Assembly: GCA_963718615.1 (NCBI GenBank)
Contig: OY970368.1
Location: 3,424,001 to 3,488,000, forward strand
Origin: an uncultured cyanobacterium
GTDB taxonomy: Bacteria > Cyanobacteriota > Cyanobacteriia > PCC-9006 > JAAUQQ01
Direction of reading: 5' to 3'
DNA length: 64,000 bases
Shown: one piece after another, positions 10,601 to 20,911 of the stretch
Numbering within the stretch: position 1 is the stretch's first letter
Layout of the letters: every line of letters begins with the position of its first letter
Position numbers and translations under genes: made by a program
Notes under the pieces: generated by a model
Database searches by the model: none
The model's input: only the letters and a program-made list of their open reading frames with translations
What the model was told of the DNA's origin: nothing

Positions 10601-11544
10601 CCGCTGCAAATGGCTTGGAGAACGGGGACATTGAGCGATCGCCAAAATGAATGCTCCGAATCCGCAAACGTTTGCGCCGAATCGATCGCAAACCCCGTTG
10701 TATTGATCAAAACCTGAATATCAGCCCCAGCCTTGCCCAACCGTGCCAACACTTCAGCTTGAATGGCTGCTTCCCGTAATGACGAAATATAAAGGGGCAA
10801 GGGGTGGAGACCTTGCTGGGCGATCGCCTTACACAGCGCATCAATGGGAGCCGTATTACCCGCTAAATAGTGCGCCCGGTAAAACAGGATTCCGACCGTG
10901 GCTGGGGTTTGGGCGGTGGGGGCGGCAGAGGTGGGGGCGGCAGAGGCGGCAGAGGCGGGAGAGACAGAGACGGAGACGGAGACACCTGTTCCTTGCCAGT
11001 CGTAGGCTCCGACAGCGGGGACGGGGGTGGGGGGGTGGGGGCGTTCTAAGCGATTAAAAAATTGTTGACCCAGGAAGAGAAAGCCTTGGTGCAGATTGGC
11101 TAGGCCCCCCTCGCAGCAATAGCGCCAGAAGCGATTGGCGATCGCCAAGGGAACCGTTGAACGGCTGATCAGGTCTGGGTCCGGGCGATCGTCCCCCGGT
11201 AGCAGTAAGAGCTGGATGCCCTGATCCGCTGCCAGGTTCTGCACCACTTCTAAACCGTAGGACCAATAGGACTGTCCCCCCAACAAGCGGACAATGATCA
11301 CTTGGGCCTGACTCAGCACGTCTTCGGCATAGGTATCAACCGTCAACTGCTGCTGGAGCTGCAGTAAATTCGCCGCTCGCACTGCCGGAAAATTCTCGGG
11401 CAACACCCCACAGACCCGCGAGAGGGTTTGGATTTCCGTGTCCGCTGCGGTCAAAAAGACAATGGGAGCCGGGGCTTGCTCCACAAAAATCACCCCCTCG
11501 GTATCCGGTGTCCAACCACCGGGTGTGGCCGCAAGACGATGCAT
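7612..11544 (-). CDS. cobN: Cobaltochelatase subunit CobN
   Basis: MHRLAATPGG start, MNVALPEVDGRI, HVGKHGNLEWLPGK, LPTGRNFYSVD, RPRVDVTLRISGFFRDAF, HNQDNREHDLLDSDDYYQF. Confidence 0.97.
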   Translation of the reverse strand: MHRLAATPGGWTPDTEGVIFVEQAPAPIVFLTAADTEIQTLSRVCGVLPENFPAVRAANLLQLQQQLTVDTYAEDVLSQAQVIIVRLLGGQSYWSYGLEVVQNLAADQGIQLLLLPGDDRPDPDLISRSTVPLAIANRFWRYCCEGGLANLHQGFLFLGQQFFNRLERPHPPTPVPAVGAYDWQGTGVSVSVSVSPASAASAAPTSAAPTAQTPATVGILFYRAHYLAGNTAPIDALCKAIAQQGLHPLPLYISSLREAAIQAEVLARLGKAGADIQVLINTTGFAIDSAQTFADSEHSFWRSLNVPVLQAICSGGTEERWRSGWQGLSPADMAMNVALPEVDGRIITRAISFKAVQARDERLETEVVSYEPVGDRIAFVAELAARWVQLRQTPIAQRRIALVLANYPTRDGRLANGVGLDTPESCVRILRAMQAAGYELTRIPPSGQALIEWLTAGITNDPEGQGIRPILQGLSLEDYKDYFLQLPAAVRQGIEQRWGVPQVESPSPTDLQFPVVGLDLGAVFVGIQPSRGYDQDPSLNYHAPDLEPTHTYLAFYRWLRSQFQAQAIVHVGKHGNLEWLPGKSIALSEACYPEVALGPLPHLYPFIVNDPGEGSQAKRRAQAVILDHLTPPLTRAELYGPLSQIESLVDEYYDAQRLDPKRVSVIRDRLLTALHDAHLQTDLGIELPANLLHAPLTNAFETTVLPPLDTYLCELKEAQIRDGLHIFGQCPEGPQLRDLAIAIARLPDPGRLGLTRAIALDWNLEFDPLTAEMGKPLSEGDRDQLHRQLHRQGIHGPLRTLGDGIEALEQQAIAWVNPFIPTPNSTPNTPPPDPIPPSLHHSPTPGPQTQRELTWIRHNLLPRLRQTDRELHNLLRGLDGQYIPSGPSGAPTRGRSDVLPTGRNFYSVDTRALPTESAWDVGRRAAEAVIERYTQDQGDYPRTLGLSLWGTATMRTGGDDLAEALALLGVRPVWEGPARRVVDFEILPLSILGRPRVDVTLRISGFFRDAFPNLIDLFDQAVIAVAQLDESPEQNPLAAHVRQETQDWQGQGLSPDQAQRRSQYRIFGSKPGAYGAGLQGLIEAQNWESDRDLAQAYINWSSYAYGSGSGSGASPGHAAPEAFQQRLKTLQIVLHNQDNREHDLLDSDDYYQFQGGLTAAVRTVQGQNPTVYFGDHARPENPKVRPLSEEIARVYRSRVVNPKWITGVMRHGYKGAFELAATVDYLFAYDATTHCVEDHMYAGVAQTYLLDPTVQAFVQQHNPWALRDMAERLLEAGQRGLWKNPDGELIEKLRAIALQAEEQIETRSLN

Positions 11545-11792
11545 CTTAAATCCTCAATAACCCTCAATCGCCTTCAATAACCCTGGGTAGGCCGATCTAA
11601 TCCCTGCCAGCTTACCAACATCGAAGTCGGGGCATCCGGTTTACAAAAAAATAACCTTGTTGTTAGAAGGAGTGAGTTCCTAGGAACCGATTAAGATGGA
11701 AAAACCATGGCAAACGCCCAGAAAGTTTGGCATTCTGGCCCGTAGCCTCGCTCCCTTGGCTTTATTCGGCTGTTTCAGGCTATTGCTGCCCC

Positions 11793-13397
11793 ATGCAGGA
11801 TTCAGAGGTGGTTCATTCGCGAGAGTTTTCAATTCATACCTATCGCTGTTTAGAGGCTACCTTGCTGCGATGGTCGGAGGAACGTGCAGAGGCATTGCTC
11901 ATCCGGCCAGGGTCTTTGCATCAAACTGCTAGCACAACCCAAGCCCACAATTCCCAGGCCCACAATTCCCAGGCCCAAACCTTTTGCCTCTTTCTCTCCC
12001 CTCAGTTTAATTGCCTGCTCCAGCAATCGTCCTATCTAGAGCCAGGGCTTGGCGTCAATTTTCAACCCGATGTGATTCGCCGGTTTGCAGAAGGGTTGTT
12101 CAACCTAGACTTTGTTGAACCTGACCTCCTCAAACGCTTACGGGTCAAGCTTGAACAGGTTTGGCCGCCAAACGATGCGGATGATCACAGCCAATTTTTG
12201 CTCGCGGCCTTCCAACCGCCAGAATCAAGACCGCTCCGCCAAACGGAATTGTTGCCCGAACTCCAAGAAGCTTGGGATGCAGTGCGTACGGCTGAACGGG
12301 CGAAGGAAGAGTTTATGGCATTGATGAGTCATGAACTGCGGACGCCGCTGACCTGTGTAATTGGTATGTCTGCAACGATGCTGCGCTGGTCCTTTGGTCC
12401 GCTGAGCGATCGCCAACGGAATTGTCTGCAAACCATTCACGACAGCGGCAATCACCTCATGCAAATTATCGACAGCATTTTAGAGCTGTCCCAAGCCGCT
12501 TCGGGAAAAACGGCACTCAATATCCACCCCCTCTCCCTGCGCCACACCATTAAGTATTGTGTTCAGCTCTTTCAGGAAACTGCCTTTGAACGGGGCATTG
12601 AGCTGCGAACCTCCAGCAGCCTGGTGACGCCAGAAGATGATGTCTTTATTGGGGATGTTCAGCGACTGCGCCAAATTTTGATTAATTTGCTCGATAACGC
12701 GATTAAATTTACCGAGATTGGCGGCACCGTACGAGTGCGGATCAGCCGCGAGGACCGAGCCCTCTTGCTCCGGGTGGAAGATACAGGTATTGGGATTGAT
12801 CAGCGCGATCGCGATCGCCTCTTCCAAACCTTCCAGCAGCTCGAAGCCTCCCATCGCCGACGGTTTGGCGGTACAGGGCTGGGACTTGCCCTCACCAAGC
12901 AGTTGGTGGATTTACATGGGGGCAAAATCGAAATTGAATCCAACCCTGGCCAAGGCTCACGCTTTGTGGTTTGGTTGCCCGAACAAGCCATTCCCCCCCG
13001 GCCCCACAAAGCTCCGATCCCCCAGGGGGAGGTGGTTTTGCTCGAAGAAGATGAGTCTTCGGCAACGCTGATTTGCGAGTTGCTGACGGCGGCGGGCTAC
13101 AAGGTGTTTTGGCTGGTCGACAGCTCGACGGCCCTAGAGCAGATTCAGATGCTGCATCCCGTCGCGGTCATTGTGAATCTTCAGTTTCAAGGGAGCAGCG
13201 GTGAAGAGTTGGTGCGCCATGTCCGCCAGATTGCTTTAGCTCCAATACCCCGCATCATCGGCCTCTTGCCCCGAGAGGTGGTTGGAATTTCTGCGGCCAC
13301 AGTGCCAGAGCCGGGGGGGGTAGATGCCTATGTGTTTACGCCCTTCCATCCCGAGGAATTGGTCGCGCAACTGGACCCCTTTGAGCGAGAATCCTGA
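11793..13397 (+). CDS. cikA: CikA-type histidine kinase with C-terminal pseudo-receiver, apparently lacking the GAF domain
   Basis: H-box MSHELRTPLTCVIGMSATMLRWSFG, N/G boxes (NLLDNAIKFT, DTGIGI, GGTGLGL) and pseudo-receiver VLLEEDESSATLICELLTAAGYKVFWLVD are characteristic of CikA. The start is uncertain (11727 or 11793). Confidence 0.75.
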   Translation: MQDSEVVHSREFSIHTYRCLEATLLRWSEERAEALLIRPGSLHQTASTTQAHNSQAHNSQAQTFCLFLSPQFNCLLQQSSYLEPGLGVNFQPDVIRRFAEGLFNLDFVEPDLLKRLRVKLEQVWPPNDADDHSQFLLAAFQPPESRPLRQTELLPELQEAWDAVRTAERAKEEFMALMSHELRTPLTCVIGMSATMLRWSFGPLSDRQRNCLQTIHDSGNHLMQIIDSILELSQAASGKTALNIHPLSLRHTIKYCVQLFQETAFERGIELRTSSSLVTPEDDVFIGDVQRLRQILINLLDNAIKFTEIGGTVRVRISREDRALLLRVEDTGIGIDQRDRDRLFQTFQQLEASHRRRFGGTGLGLALTKQLVDLHGGKIEIESNPGQGSRFVVWLPEQAIPPRPHKAPIPQGEVVLLEEDESSATLICELLTAAGYKVFWLVDSSTALEQIQMLHPVAVIVNLQFQGSSGEELVRHVRQIALAPIPRIIGLLPREVVGISAATVPEPGGVDAYVFTPFHPEELVAQLDPFERES

Positions 13398-13418
13398 TCG
13401 CCCTTCCCGCTCGTGATT

Positions 13419-14171
13419 ATGACTTTTCTCTTAACCAATGATGATGGCATCGATGCGCCGGGGCTGGCGGCACTGGCTGAGCTCATGGCTGATTTGCCCC
13501 ATTGGATTGTGGCTCCCCGCCATCCCCATTCTGGCTGTGGACATCAGGTCACGACCCAGCGCCCCCTGTCGCTCGAAGTCTTTGGATCTCGCCGCTACGC
13601 CGTTCATGGCACCCCCGCCGACTGTACGCGGTTGGCGATCGCCCAACTCTGCCCCGAAGCGCCCCACTGGGTTCTGTCGGGCATTAATCCGGGGGGCAAT
13701 CTTGGCGTCGATGTCTATACCTCTGGAACCGTAGCCGCCGTCCGCGAAGCGGCCTATCAAGGGATTCCTGGCATTGCCCTTTCCCAATATCTCCAGGGAC
13801 GTCAGCCGCTCAACTGGACGATTACCCAAGCCTGGGCCGGCAAAGTCATGGCCCATCTGCTCAAGCATCCGCCGGAACCGGGCCATTTCTGGAATGTTAA
13901 TTTGCCCTGGCCCGGACCGGATGCCACCGTCGAAGCGCTCCCGGACCTGGTGTTTTGTAAACCCTCACGGGATCCGCTGCCGTTGGTCTATCAGCGCCAG
14001 GGGTCAGAGGGTGGTCTGGCTCATCGCTCGGATGATGGCTCGGATGATGGCTTAGACTCCCTAACGGAGTTTGTGTATGTTGGTCGGTACGGCGATCGCC
14101 CCGCTGCCCCCGGTACTGATGTGGCGGTTTGTTTTAGCGGAGCCATTGCGATCACGCACCTCTCTTCCTAG
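13419..14171 (+). CDS. surE: 5'/3'-nucleotidase SurE
   Basis: LLTNDDGIDAPGL, GTPADC, SGINPGGNLG..YTSGTVAAVREA. Confidence 0.95.
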   Translation: MTFLLTNDDGIDAPGLAALAELMADLPHWIVAPRHPHSGCGHQVTTQRPLSLEVFGSRRYAVHGTPADCTRLAIAQLCPEAPHWVLSGINPGGNLGVDVYTSGTVAAVREAAYQGIPGIALSQYLQGRQPLNWTITQAWAGKVMAHLLKHPPEPGHFWNVNLPWPGPDATVEALPDLVFCKPSRDPLPLVYQRQGSEGGLAHRSDDGSDDGLDSLTEFVYVGRYGDRPAAPGTDVAVCFSGAIAITHLSS

Positions 14172-14246
14172 GATGAGAAAGGTTCTCGAACGGACCGAAA
14201 AACCATTACAACCATTACAACACCATCACAAGGGGCGAGATTGAGT

Positions 14247-15179
14247 ATGCGCATTTTGGTCATGGGCGGCACGCGCTTCATTGGCGTCTTTCTCACCCGG
14301 TTGCTACTGGAACAGGGTCATGAGGTGGTGTTATTTAATCGGGGCAATCGTGAAGCTCCGGCGGGTGTGGCGCAGATTCGGGGCGATCGCCAAGACCCCG
14401 AGCAGCTCAAAACCGCCCTTGCGGGTCAGTCCTTTGATGTCATTTTTGACAACAATGGTCGTGAACGGAGCGATACCCAGCCCCTGGTTGAGCTTTGTCA
14501 AGACAGCCTGCAGCAGCTAATCTACGTCAGTTCGGCTGGGGTTTATCAAAAATCCGATGAACTGCCCCTGCGGGAAACGGACCCCGTTGATCCCAAAAGT
14601 CGTCATCGCGGCAAATTTGAAACGGAAGCTTATCTACAGGAACAAAAAGTCCCGTTCACGGCCTTTCGCCCGGTTTATATCTATGGGCCACAAAATTACA
14701 ACCCCTTAGAAGCCTGGTTTTTTGACCGGATTGTTCATCAACGGCCCGTTCCCATTCCGGGCAACGGCTTGCATATTACCCAGCTCGGTCATGTGCAAGA
14801 TCTGGCGGCTGCCATGGTCGCGGCACTGGGAAATGAACAGGCCAAGGGACAGATTTATAATTTGGCGGGCGATCGCTACGTCACCTTTGATGGATTGGCG
14901 CGAGCCTGCGCGATCGCCGCAGGCCAATCCCCGGACTCTCTAGATATTGTTCATTACGAGCCAAAAGCCTTTGACTTTGGCAAACGCAAAGCCTTTCCCT
15001 TGCGTCTTCAGCATTTCTTCGCCGATATCCACAAAGCACAAACCGAACTGCACTGGTCGCCCCAATATAGTCTGATTGAGGGCCTGAAAGATTCTTTTCA
15101 AAATGACTACCAGCGGCAAGCCAACCCTAGCCACGAAATTGACTTTTCTCTTGATGATCAAATTTTGCAAGCCGTGTAA
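14247..15179 (+). CDS. NAD-dependent epimerase/dehydratase (CSP41b-like)
   Basis: MGGTRFIG Rossmann motif, YVSSAGVY, RPVYIYGPQNYNPLEAWFFDRI, FDFGKRKAFP. Confidence 0.9.
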   Translation: MRILVMGGTRFIGVFLTRLLLEQGHEVVLFNRGNREAPAGVAQIRGDRQDPEQLKTALAGQSFDVIFDNNGRERSDTQPLVELCQDSLQQLIYVSSAGVYQKSDELPLRETDPVDPKSRHRGKFETEAYLQEQKVPFTAFRPVYIYGPQNYNPLEAWFFDRIVHQRPVPIPGNGLHITQLGHVQDLAAAMVAALGNEQAKGQIYNLAGDRYVTFDGLARACAIAAGQSPDSLDIVHYEPKAFDFGKRKAFPLRLQHFFADIHKAQTELHWSPQYSLIEGLKDSFQNDYQRQANPSHEIDFSLDDQILQAV

Positions 15180-15694
15180 GCCTTGAACTCTGGCTTTTTA
15201 GCCTTCTCCGGCTGTAATTGTCCCGAATTCCACTGACTTCCCTGACTCCATCTATTTGGCGGGCATGGGTTTGTCTTTATATTTCCTTTATGGTTTTGCG
15301 ACAAGCTTCATTCTTTCTACATCCAGAAAACCCGTGATTTTACGATTTTTCTAGCGCTAGCTCTATGGATAAATAGGAATGTGTTTAGCGTCCCAGCGTT
15401 AGCCTCTGTATAACCTATTGAGTGAGTCTGCGTCCCCCTTTCCAAGTTTTATCTAATCCTAATCTCTAGCGCCAGAAGCCCTGTCAGATGCGTTAGTTTT
15501 TGGCTGATTCTTATTTCACTAGATATTTAGTGAGAGGGTCAGCTATTTTCACTGAAACTTTACTAAACGACCCAGAACTTCGGCATATCCTTAGGAACAG
15601 GGACTGCAGGCGCTTATTTTGGTCATCAGCTTACTTGATTTCCCTGAGAGCGTGAGGTGCAACTTCTTACTGTTCTGACTCTGGGACGCTTCGT

Positions 15695-16663
15695 ATGACT
15701 CAGGTTTATAAAGGGCTATCTTTTGTTCCGTCCATTTTGTTGGCGGGTTCAGTTTTTGCGATCTTAACGGTTCCGTTGGCAGCCTTTGGGGCTCGTCCAG
15801 TGGAGGTGGAGCTTCAAAACCGCACCGTATTTTCTGGTAGTTTAGAAGAAGTTGCTACTTCCTATCTCGGTACCACTGCGGCGCTCAGCCTTGCTGTCGG
15901 TCTTGCCGGTCATGGCTGGCGGCAGCGTGCTCGGACTAAGGCATCAGGCAAGGCTGTAGCTGATTCTACGGATGAAATGCTGCAACTCCGAGCTAAAGAA
16001 TTAGAAGAAAAACTAACTTTAGATCAGTTGCAGGCGTCAGGCCTCGACTTTTTTTTGGATAATAGCCAGTCTCCCGATGGGTTGGATGCGGTGATCCAGT
16101 CTCAATTATCCCCCTTGCCGCATCATCGTGCGTCCTTCCCGCAGTCTAATCCTTCACCTGGGATTGCTGCTGCCTCTAACCAGGTGGTTTCTGTGCAGGT
16201 CCATGCTACTGGACCTCAGGCTGCAGGACGGGTCATTCCCATGGCTCCGTCTGTAACGCCACCGACGGTTCGGGGGACTGCCAAGGCTCGGATGGCGATG
16301 CCGCATTTGCCTGCCGCACAGACCTATATGAGTTTTGCGCGATCGCCCTTGGGTGAGACGCTCCACTCGGTTCAGGCTAACCGCGATTTGCAAGCAGAGC
16401 TAGAGGCCCTCAAGCAGCTTGAGCAAATGCGCGAACAAATCCGCTCCCTCTCCATCAAGATGGAACAACTCCAAGTCAATCTGAATCGGGGAGGCCCGGA
16501 GGCACCGACGTATCGCCCTTCTGGTCCGCAGCGATTGGTCCCGCTCCGGTCTGTGCCCCAGCCGGTTCCCACCTATACCGTCCGCTCCATGGAAGTAGTG
16601 AGTCTGGAAGGGGGCCTTGCGGCTGATTCGGTCCGGTCTGGACGCCATCCTGCTGCGTCCTAA
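15695..16663 (+). CDS. Hypothetical membrane protein with coiled-coil
   Basis: 322-aa ORF with two N-terminal hydrophobic segments, an LQASGLDFFL motif and a C-terminal heptad-rich stretch. Confidence 0.7.
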   Translation: MTQVYKGLSFVPSILLAGSVFAILTVPLAAFGARPVEVELQNRTVFSGSLEEVATSYLGTTAALSLAVGLAGHGWRQRARTKASGKAVADSTDEMLQLRAKELEEKLTLDQLQASGLDFFLDNSQSPDGLDAVIQSQLSPLPHHRASFPQSNPSPGIAAASNQVVSVQVHATGPQAAGRVIPMAPSVTPPTVRGTAKARMAMPHLPAAQTYMSFARSPLGETLHSVQANRDLQAELEALKQLEQMREQIRSLSIKMEQLQVNLNRGGPEAPTYRPSGPQRLVPLRSVPQPVPTYTVRSMEVVSLEGGLAADSVRSGRHPAAS

Positions 16664-16713
16664 TCTGTGCCCCTTGAAGGCAGAGCGGTAAACTAAGTAC
16701 CAACTGTTGTACT

Positions 16714-17460
16714 TTGTCGGTTTTGCTTATGGATCTGCTGCTTTCTGGGTTTGCTGCTGTGCAGCGCCCGCTCCGATCGCTCCTGAGGGTGGCGATCGCC
16801 TGTTCTGCCGTCTTACTGCTCACATTTGGGAGCCCCTGGCTCTCGCCGGCAACAGCAACCGGAGTGAACGAGATTCCGGCGATCGGTCCTGGGGAAAAGA
16901 CCGGGGTCATTGATCAGTCAGATGTTCTGAGCCGTTTTAATGCGGGTCAACTGAACAGTCGGCTGGACCAAATTCGCGAAAAGACCGGTGCAGACGTTCA
17001 TTTTGTCCTGTTTCGTCGATTGGACTACGGCGATACAATTGAGAGTTTCACGGAAAAACTCTTTGACGCTTGGTTTCCCACGGAAGATGTACAGGCCAAT
17101 CAGGTACTGATTGCGTTTGACACCCTCACCAATCAAATCGCCTTGCGGGCGGGAAACGAGGTGCAGGATCGGCTGACCGCTGAAATCGGCGAAAGCATCA
17201 CCCAAGAAACCATGATGGCCCCGATTCGTAAGGGCGATCGCTACAATCAGTCGCTGTTTGATGCGAGCGATCGTCTGGCTGCCGTTCTGGCCGGCGAAGC
17301 GGATCCGGGTCCTCCGGCGGTAGAAGACGGGATTCGGGTGGAAGGCACCTTTGCGTCAGCGGAAGAAACCCAGGATAGTAACGCCACCGTGATCGTGATT
17401 ATCTTGCTGATCGTAGCGACCGTTGTTCCGATGGTGACTTATTTTGTTTACGTTCGCTAA
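16714..17460 (+). CDS. psb32: Photosystem II repair protein Psb32 (TPM domain)
   Basis: ATGVNEIP..VIDQSDVLSR, RRLDYGDTI, YNQSLFDASDRLAAVLAGEADPGPP and C-terminal TM ATVVPMVTYF. The start is uncertain. Confidence 0.9.
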   Translation: MSVLLMDLLLSGFAAVQRPLRSLLRVAIACSAVLLLTFGSPWLSPATATGVNEIPAIGPGEKTGVIDQSDVLSRFNAGQLNSRLDQIREKTGADVHFVLFRRLDYGDTIESFTEKLFDAWFPTEDVQANQVLIAFDTLTNQIALRAGNEVQDRLTAEIGESITQETMMAPIRKGDRYNQSLFDASDRLAAVLAGEADPGPPAVEDGIRVEGTFASAEETQDSNATVIVIILLIVATVVPMVTYFVYVR

Positions 17461-17562
17461 GGGGTGCATCACGAATCCTGCGTTGGGCGTGGAATGCACG
17501 CCCCTATGATTCGCTCGACGTCTTCCTGGTATCACCCTAATATCACCAATATCACTCTGATA

Positions 17563-18603
17563 TTACCGCTGATAAAGTCCTAGGACTTGTTCCAAAGGCA
17601 GCCGAGACTGGACCCCAAGCGTCAGTGCTGAGGTGCGGCCTCTGCTCAGGTGTTCGCTGGCGGCACAGGCGATCATCGCTGCATTGTCCGTGCAAAACTT
17701 CATCGGTGGAAACAGCACCTGAATGCCTAGGGGAATGGCGGCTTGGGTGAGCTGAGCTCGCAATCCTCGATTCGCCGCGACCCCTCCCCCAACGGCGATT
17801 GTCTTGAGGCCAAAATCCTGGGCGCAGGCGATCGCCCGCTTCGTCAAGGCCCGCGCCACCGTGGCTTGAAAGCTTGCCGATAGATCGGCCACGGGCAGCT
17901 CGCCCGCCGCTCGCAGCTTCTCTGTTAGCCGCAGCATCGCTGTTTTGAGGCCACTAAAGCTGGAATCGTAGGGATGATAACCTCCGCTGGGCAGAGAAAT
18001 TTTGCCTTCCGGCAGGGCAAACGCCGCGCTATTCCCCTCCTGGGCCCATTGATCAATCACCGGGCCACCAGGATACCCCAAGCCCAAAAGCCGAGCCACC
18101 TTATCAAACGCTTCACCCGCCGCATCATCACGGGTTTGGCCAAGGGTTTCATAGTGGCCACAATCTTTCACATAGATCAAACTGGTGTGGCCACCCGACA
18201 CCAGCAAACATAGAAATGGGGGCTGGAGTTGAGGCTGGTCCAAATAGGTCGCGCAGATATGTCCCTCTAGGTGATGAATTCCTAAAAACGGCTTGTCATA
18301 GAGCATCGCTAGGGTTTTACCTGCCATGGCACCCACCAGCAACGCGCCGACCAGCCCTGGAGCCACCGTTGCGGCAATGCCATCCAGGTCAGCCCAGGTG
18401 AGTCCCGACTCGGTGAGGGCTTGGGCGATCGCCGGATTGACCATTTCCAAATGTTGCCGAGACGCCAACTCCGGCACCACCCCCCCGTAGGTTCGGTGCA
18501 GCTCTATTTGAGAACTGACGATACTGCTTAAAACTTGACGATTTTTAACAATCGCCACGGCGGTTTCGTCACAACTTGTTTCGATCGCGAGAACTGCTGT
18601 CAT
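17563..18603 (-). CDS. tsaD: tRNA threonylcarbamoyltransferase TsaD
   Basis: [55 protein letters not shown]. Confidence 0.97.
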   Translation of the reverse strand: MTAVLAIETSCDETAVAIVKNRQVLSSIVSSQIELHRTYGGVVPELASRQHLEMVNPAIAQALTESGLTWADLDGIAATVAPGLVGALLVGAMAGKTLAMLYDKPFLGIHHLEGHICATYLDQPQLQPPFLCLLVSGGHTSLIYVKDCGHYETLGQTRDDAAGEAFDKVARLLGLGYPGGPVIDQWAQEGNSAAFALPEGKISLPSGGYHPYDSSFSGLKTAMLRLTEKLRAAGELPVADLSASFQATVARALTKRAIACAQDFGLKTIAVGGGVAANRGLRAQLTQAAIPLGIQVLFPPMKFCTDNAAMIACAASEHLSRGRTSALTLGVQSRLPLEQVLGLYQR

Positions 18604-18845
18604 GAGGCTGATACCGTTGATGGAGGCTAGGCAGAAATGTGTAGAACCTTAAACCCGTCGTAAAGAATTAGGTACTGTTCTGGGAACCTAGAGAATAGGT
18701 CTATGACTTAATATTCTAGGGTCCTTCATTTTAGGAAATGGCGTGCCTATCTGATTTTCTGGGTTTACCGGTGGAGCTTACTCTCTGCTTGTAGGCCAGC
18801 ACGCTCCCTATAGAACACTGCTTGAAATAACAAGGAAAAGTTTCC

Positions 18846-19325
18846 ATGAGACGATTGTTTGCGTTGGTGCTAGCAGTTTGTCTGTGGTTTAGTTTTGCGC
18901 CAACGGCTTCTGCCGATGTCGCGGGACTAACCCCCTGCAGCGAATCCCCTCGCTTTGTTGAGCGCGCTAAAGCGGCCACCACAGACCAGGCTAAGGCCCG
19001 GTTCGAACGCTACTCCCAGGCTGTTTGTGGTGAAGAAGGTCTGCCCCACCTGATCGTGGATGGCCGTCTGAGCCATGCAGGCGACTTTACTATTCCCGCC
19101 GTGATGTTCCTGTATATTGCAGGCTGCATTGGCTGGGCAGGTCGCTTGTACATTATCGGTTCCCGCTCCAAGAAGGATCCGGCGATGGAGGAGATCATTA
19201 TTGATATTCCTCGCGCCATTGGCTGCTTCGCGGGTGCGGCCCTTTGGCCTTTGGCTGCCTTTGGTGAGTTTGCGAGTGGCAAATTGCTAGCGAAGGAAAG
19301 CGAAATTACGGTTTCCCCCCGCTAA
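18846..19325 (+). CDS. psaF: Photosystem I subunit III
   Basis: [56 protein letters not shown]. Confidence 0.97.
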   Translation: MRRLFALVLAVCLWFSFAPTASADVAGLTPCSESPRFVERAKAATTDQAKARFERYSQAVCGEEGLPHLIVDGRLSHAGDFTIPAVMFLYIAGCIGWAGRLYIIGSRSKKDPAMEEIIIDIPRAIGCFAGAALWPLAAFGEFASGKLLAKESEITVSPR

Positions 19326-19410
19326 TTTCCCCCCGCGAATCTCCCTTTGCATGTCCTAAATTCTCATTTGGACGATTTGATTTCATTTTAGAAATTGGAG
19401 CTGATCCGCT

Positions 19411-19527
19411 ATGATGCGATACCTGTCGACCGCCCCGGTGGTCCTCACCCTTTGGTTATTTATGACCGCTGGCATTGTGATTGAATTCAATCGCTTTTTC
19501 CCTGACTTACTCTTCCACCCGATGTAG
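19411..19527 (+). CDS. psaJ: Photosystem I subunit IX
   Basis: Manual translation [38 protein letters not shown], with a GGAG RBS; follows psaF. Confidence 0.95.
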   Translation: MMRYLSTAPVVLTLWLFMTAGIVIEFNRFFPDLLFHPM

Positions 19528-19547
19528 GTCTTGGGGTCGTAAAGCTT

Positions 19548-19577
19548 AAAAAGGGAGCCCTTTACGGGCTCCCTTTT
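19548..19577. terminator. Bidirectional intrinsic terminator between psaJ and gmk
   Basis: AAAAAGGGAGCCC-tttac-GGGCTCCCTTTT hairpin between convergent genes. Confidence 0.85.
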
Positions 19578-19641
19578 AGGTTGTTATTAGGGGTGAAATG
19601 AGTGGGGATGAAATGATTGGGAAGGAAATGAAATTTGGAAG

Positions 19642-20202
19642 TTAGACCGCTGCGGCAAACAGGGCGGATTCTAGGCGTCGCAGGGCATCTTGCAGATTGT
19701 CGTTGACGATTTGAATATCAAACTCATCCGCTGCATTGACCTCAATGCGAGCCCGCTGGAGTCGACGGGCGATCGCCGCCTCTGGATCCTGGCCCCGTTT
19801 CCGAATTCGGTCTTCGAGTTCCTCCAAGGAGGGGGGCATGACAAAAATCTGTAGTGCTTCTGGGAACGTTTGCCGCACCTGTCGCGCCCCTTCCAGCTCG
19901 ATTTCGAGAATGACGAGCTTGCCGTCTCGAACCTTCTGCAACACGGCTTCCCGAGGGGTTCCGTAGAGATTTCCGGCGAACTCAGCCCATTCCAAAAACT
20001 CCCCTTGGTTCACCAAGGACAGAAACTTTTCTCGGCCCATGAAGTAATAGTCCTGACCATCGATTTCCCCTAGACGAGGCGATCGCGTGGTCGCTGAAAT
20101 TGACAGATGTAGATCAGGATGTTGCGGGAGGAGCGATCGCAGCAAGGTTCCCTTGCCTACACCACTGGGTCCCGTAAACACGATCACTTGTCCTAAGCCC
20201 AT
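19642..20202 (-). CDS. gmk: Guanylate kinase
   Basis: [11 protein letters not shown]-loop, [30 protein letters not shown]. Confidence 0.97.
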   Translation of the reverse strand: MGLGQVIVFTGPSGVGKGTLLRSLLPQHPDLHLSISATTRSPRLGEIDGQDYYFMGREKFLSLVNQGEFLEWAEFAGNLYGTPREAVLQKVRDGKLVILEIELEGARQVRQTFPEALQIFVMPPSLEELEDRIRKRGQDPEAAIARRLQRARIEVNAADEFDIQIVNDNLQDALRRLESALFAAAV

Positions 20203-20369
20203 AAGCGACACTCACACGATAACTCGGGTTTTCATGGTCCAATGCGGAGGAACAATTGACAAGCGGTCCTGTGACCAGCAGTCCTGTAACCAGTGTTCCT
20301 GACTCCCTGAGAAGCCTAGTGTTGAAACCTAGTTATAAAACCTAGTTATCTTGACAATAGCGCCGCAGG

Positions 20370-20651
20370 CTAGTGAGTAACAACCTTAGAATTGCTATCT
20401 ATTCCATCTTTGTTCAGTACAAAACGATTCGCCACCGTTTCCGGCTGAATGGCGGAAAGAATGGCGTGACCTGAGTCCATCACAATGACTGCCCTCGTTC
20501 GACGACCATAGGTCGCATCAATGAGCTGACCCCGCTCCCGTGCATCGCTGATGATACGCTTAATTGGAGCTGACTCAGGACTCACAATCGCAATGACCCG
20601 GTTAGCGGACACGATATTGCCAAAGCCGATATTTATGAGTCTAATGTCCAT
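20370..20651 (-). CDS. remA: Extracellular matrix/biofilm regulator RemA (DUF370)
   Basis: [40 protein letters not shown], in the conserved position upstream of gmk. Confidence 0.92.
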   Translation of the reverse strand: MDIRLINIGFGNIVSANRVIAIVSPESAPIKRIISDARERGQLIDATYGRRTRAVIVMDSGHAILSAIQPETVANRFVLNKDGIDSNSKVVTH

Positions 20652-20911
20652 AGGTCTGAGATTCATCCATAGCGTATAATGCCACCAAAGAATCTTTAGA
20701 AAAACTTATATTTATCCTATCCAGCCGTATCCCCATCCCATCGCGACCGCAGGTATTGGTATTGATTCTTTGAAAATCTTTACAAAGCCGCAGATTTCAA
20801 CATCCTAATCAGCGCAGTTAATCACAAAAAATTATGTTTTCATCGATTCTTGACTATTTTTGGCGTCTTCTCGCCTAATCGTGCTGTTATCCTTTCTTAA
20901 CAAATTAGCCT

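Noticed and set aside
17484-17506. REP-like palindrome GGGCGTG-gaatg-CACGCCC between psb32 and tsaD
   Set aside because: Single copy in the window with no associated transposase; most simply a terminator-like hairpin between convergent genes.
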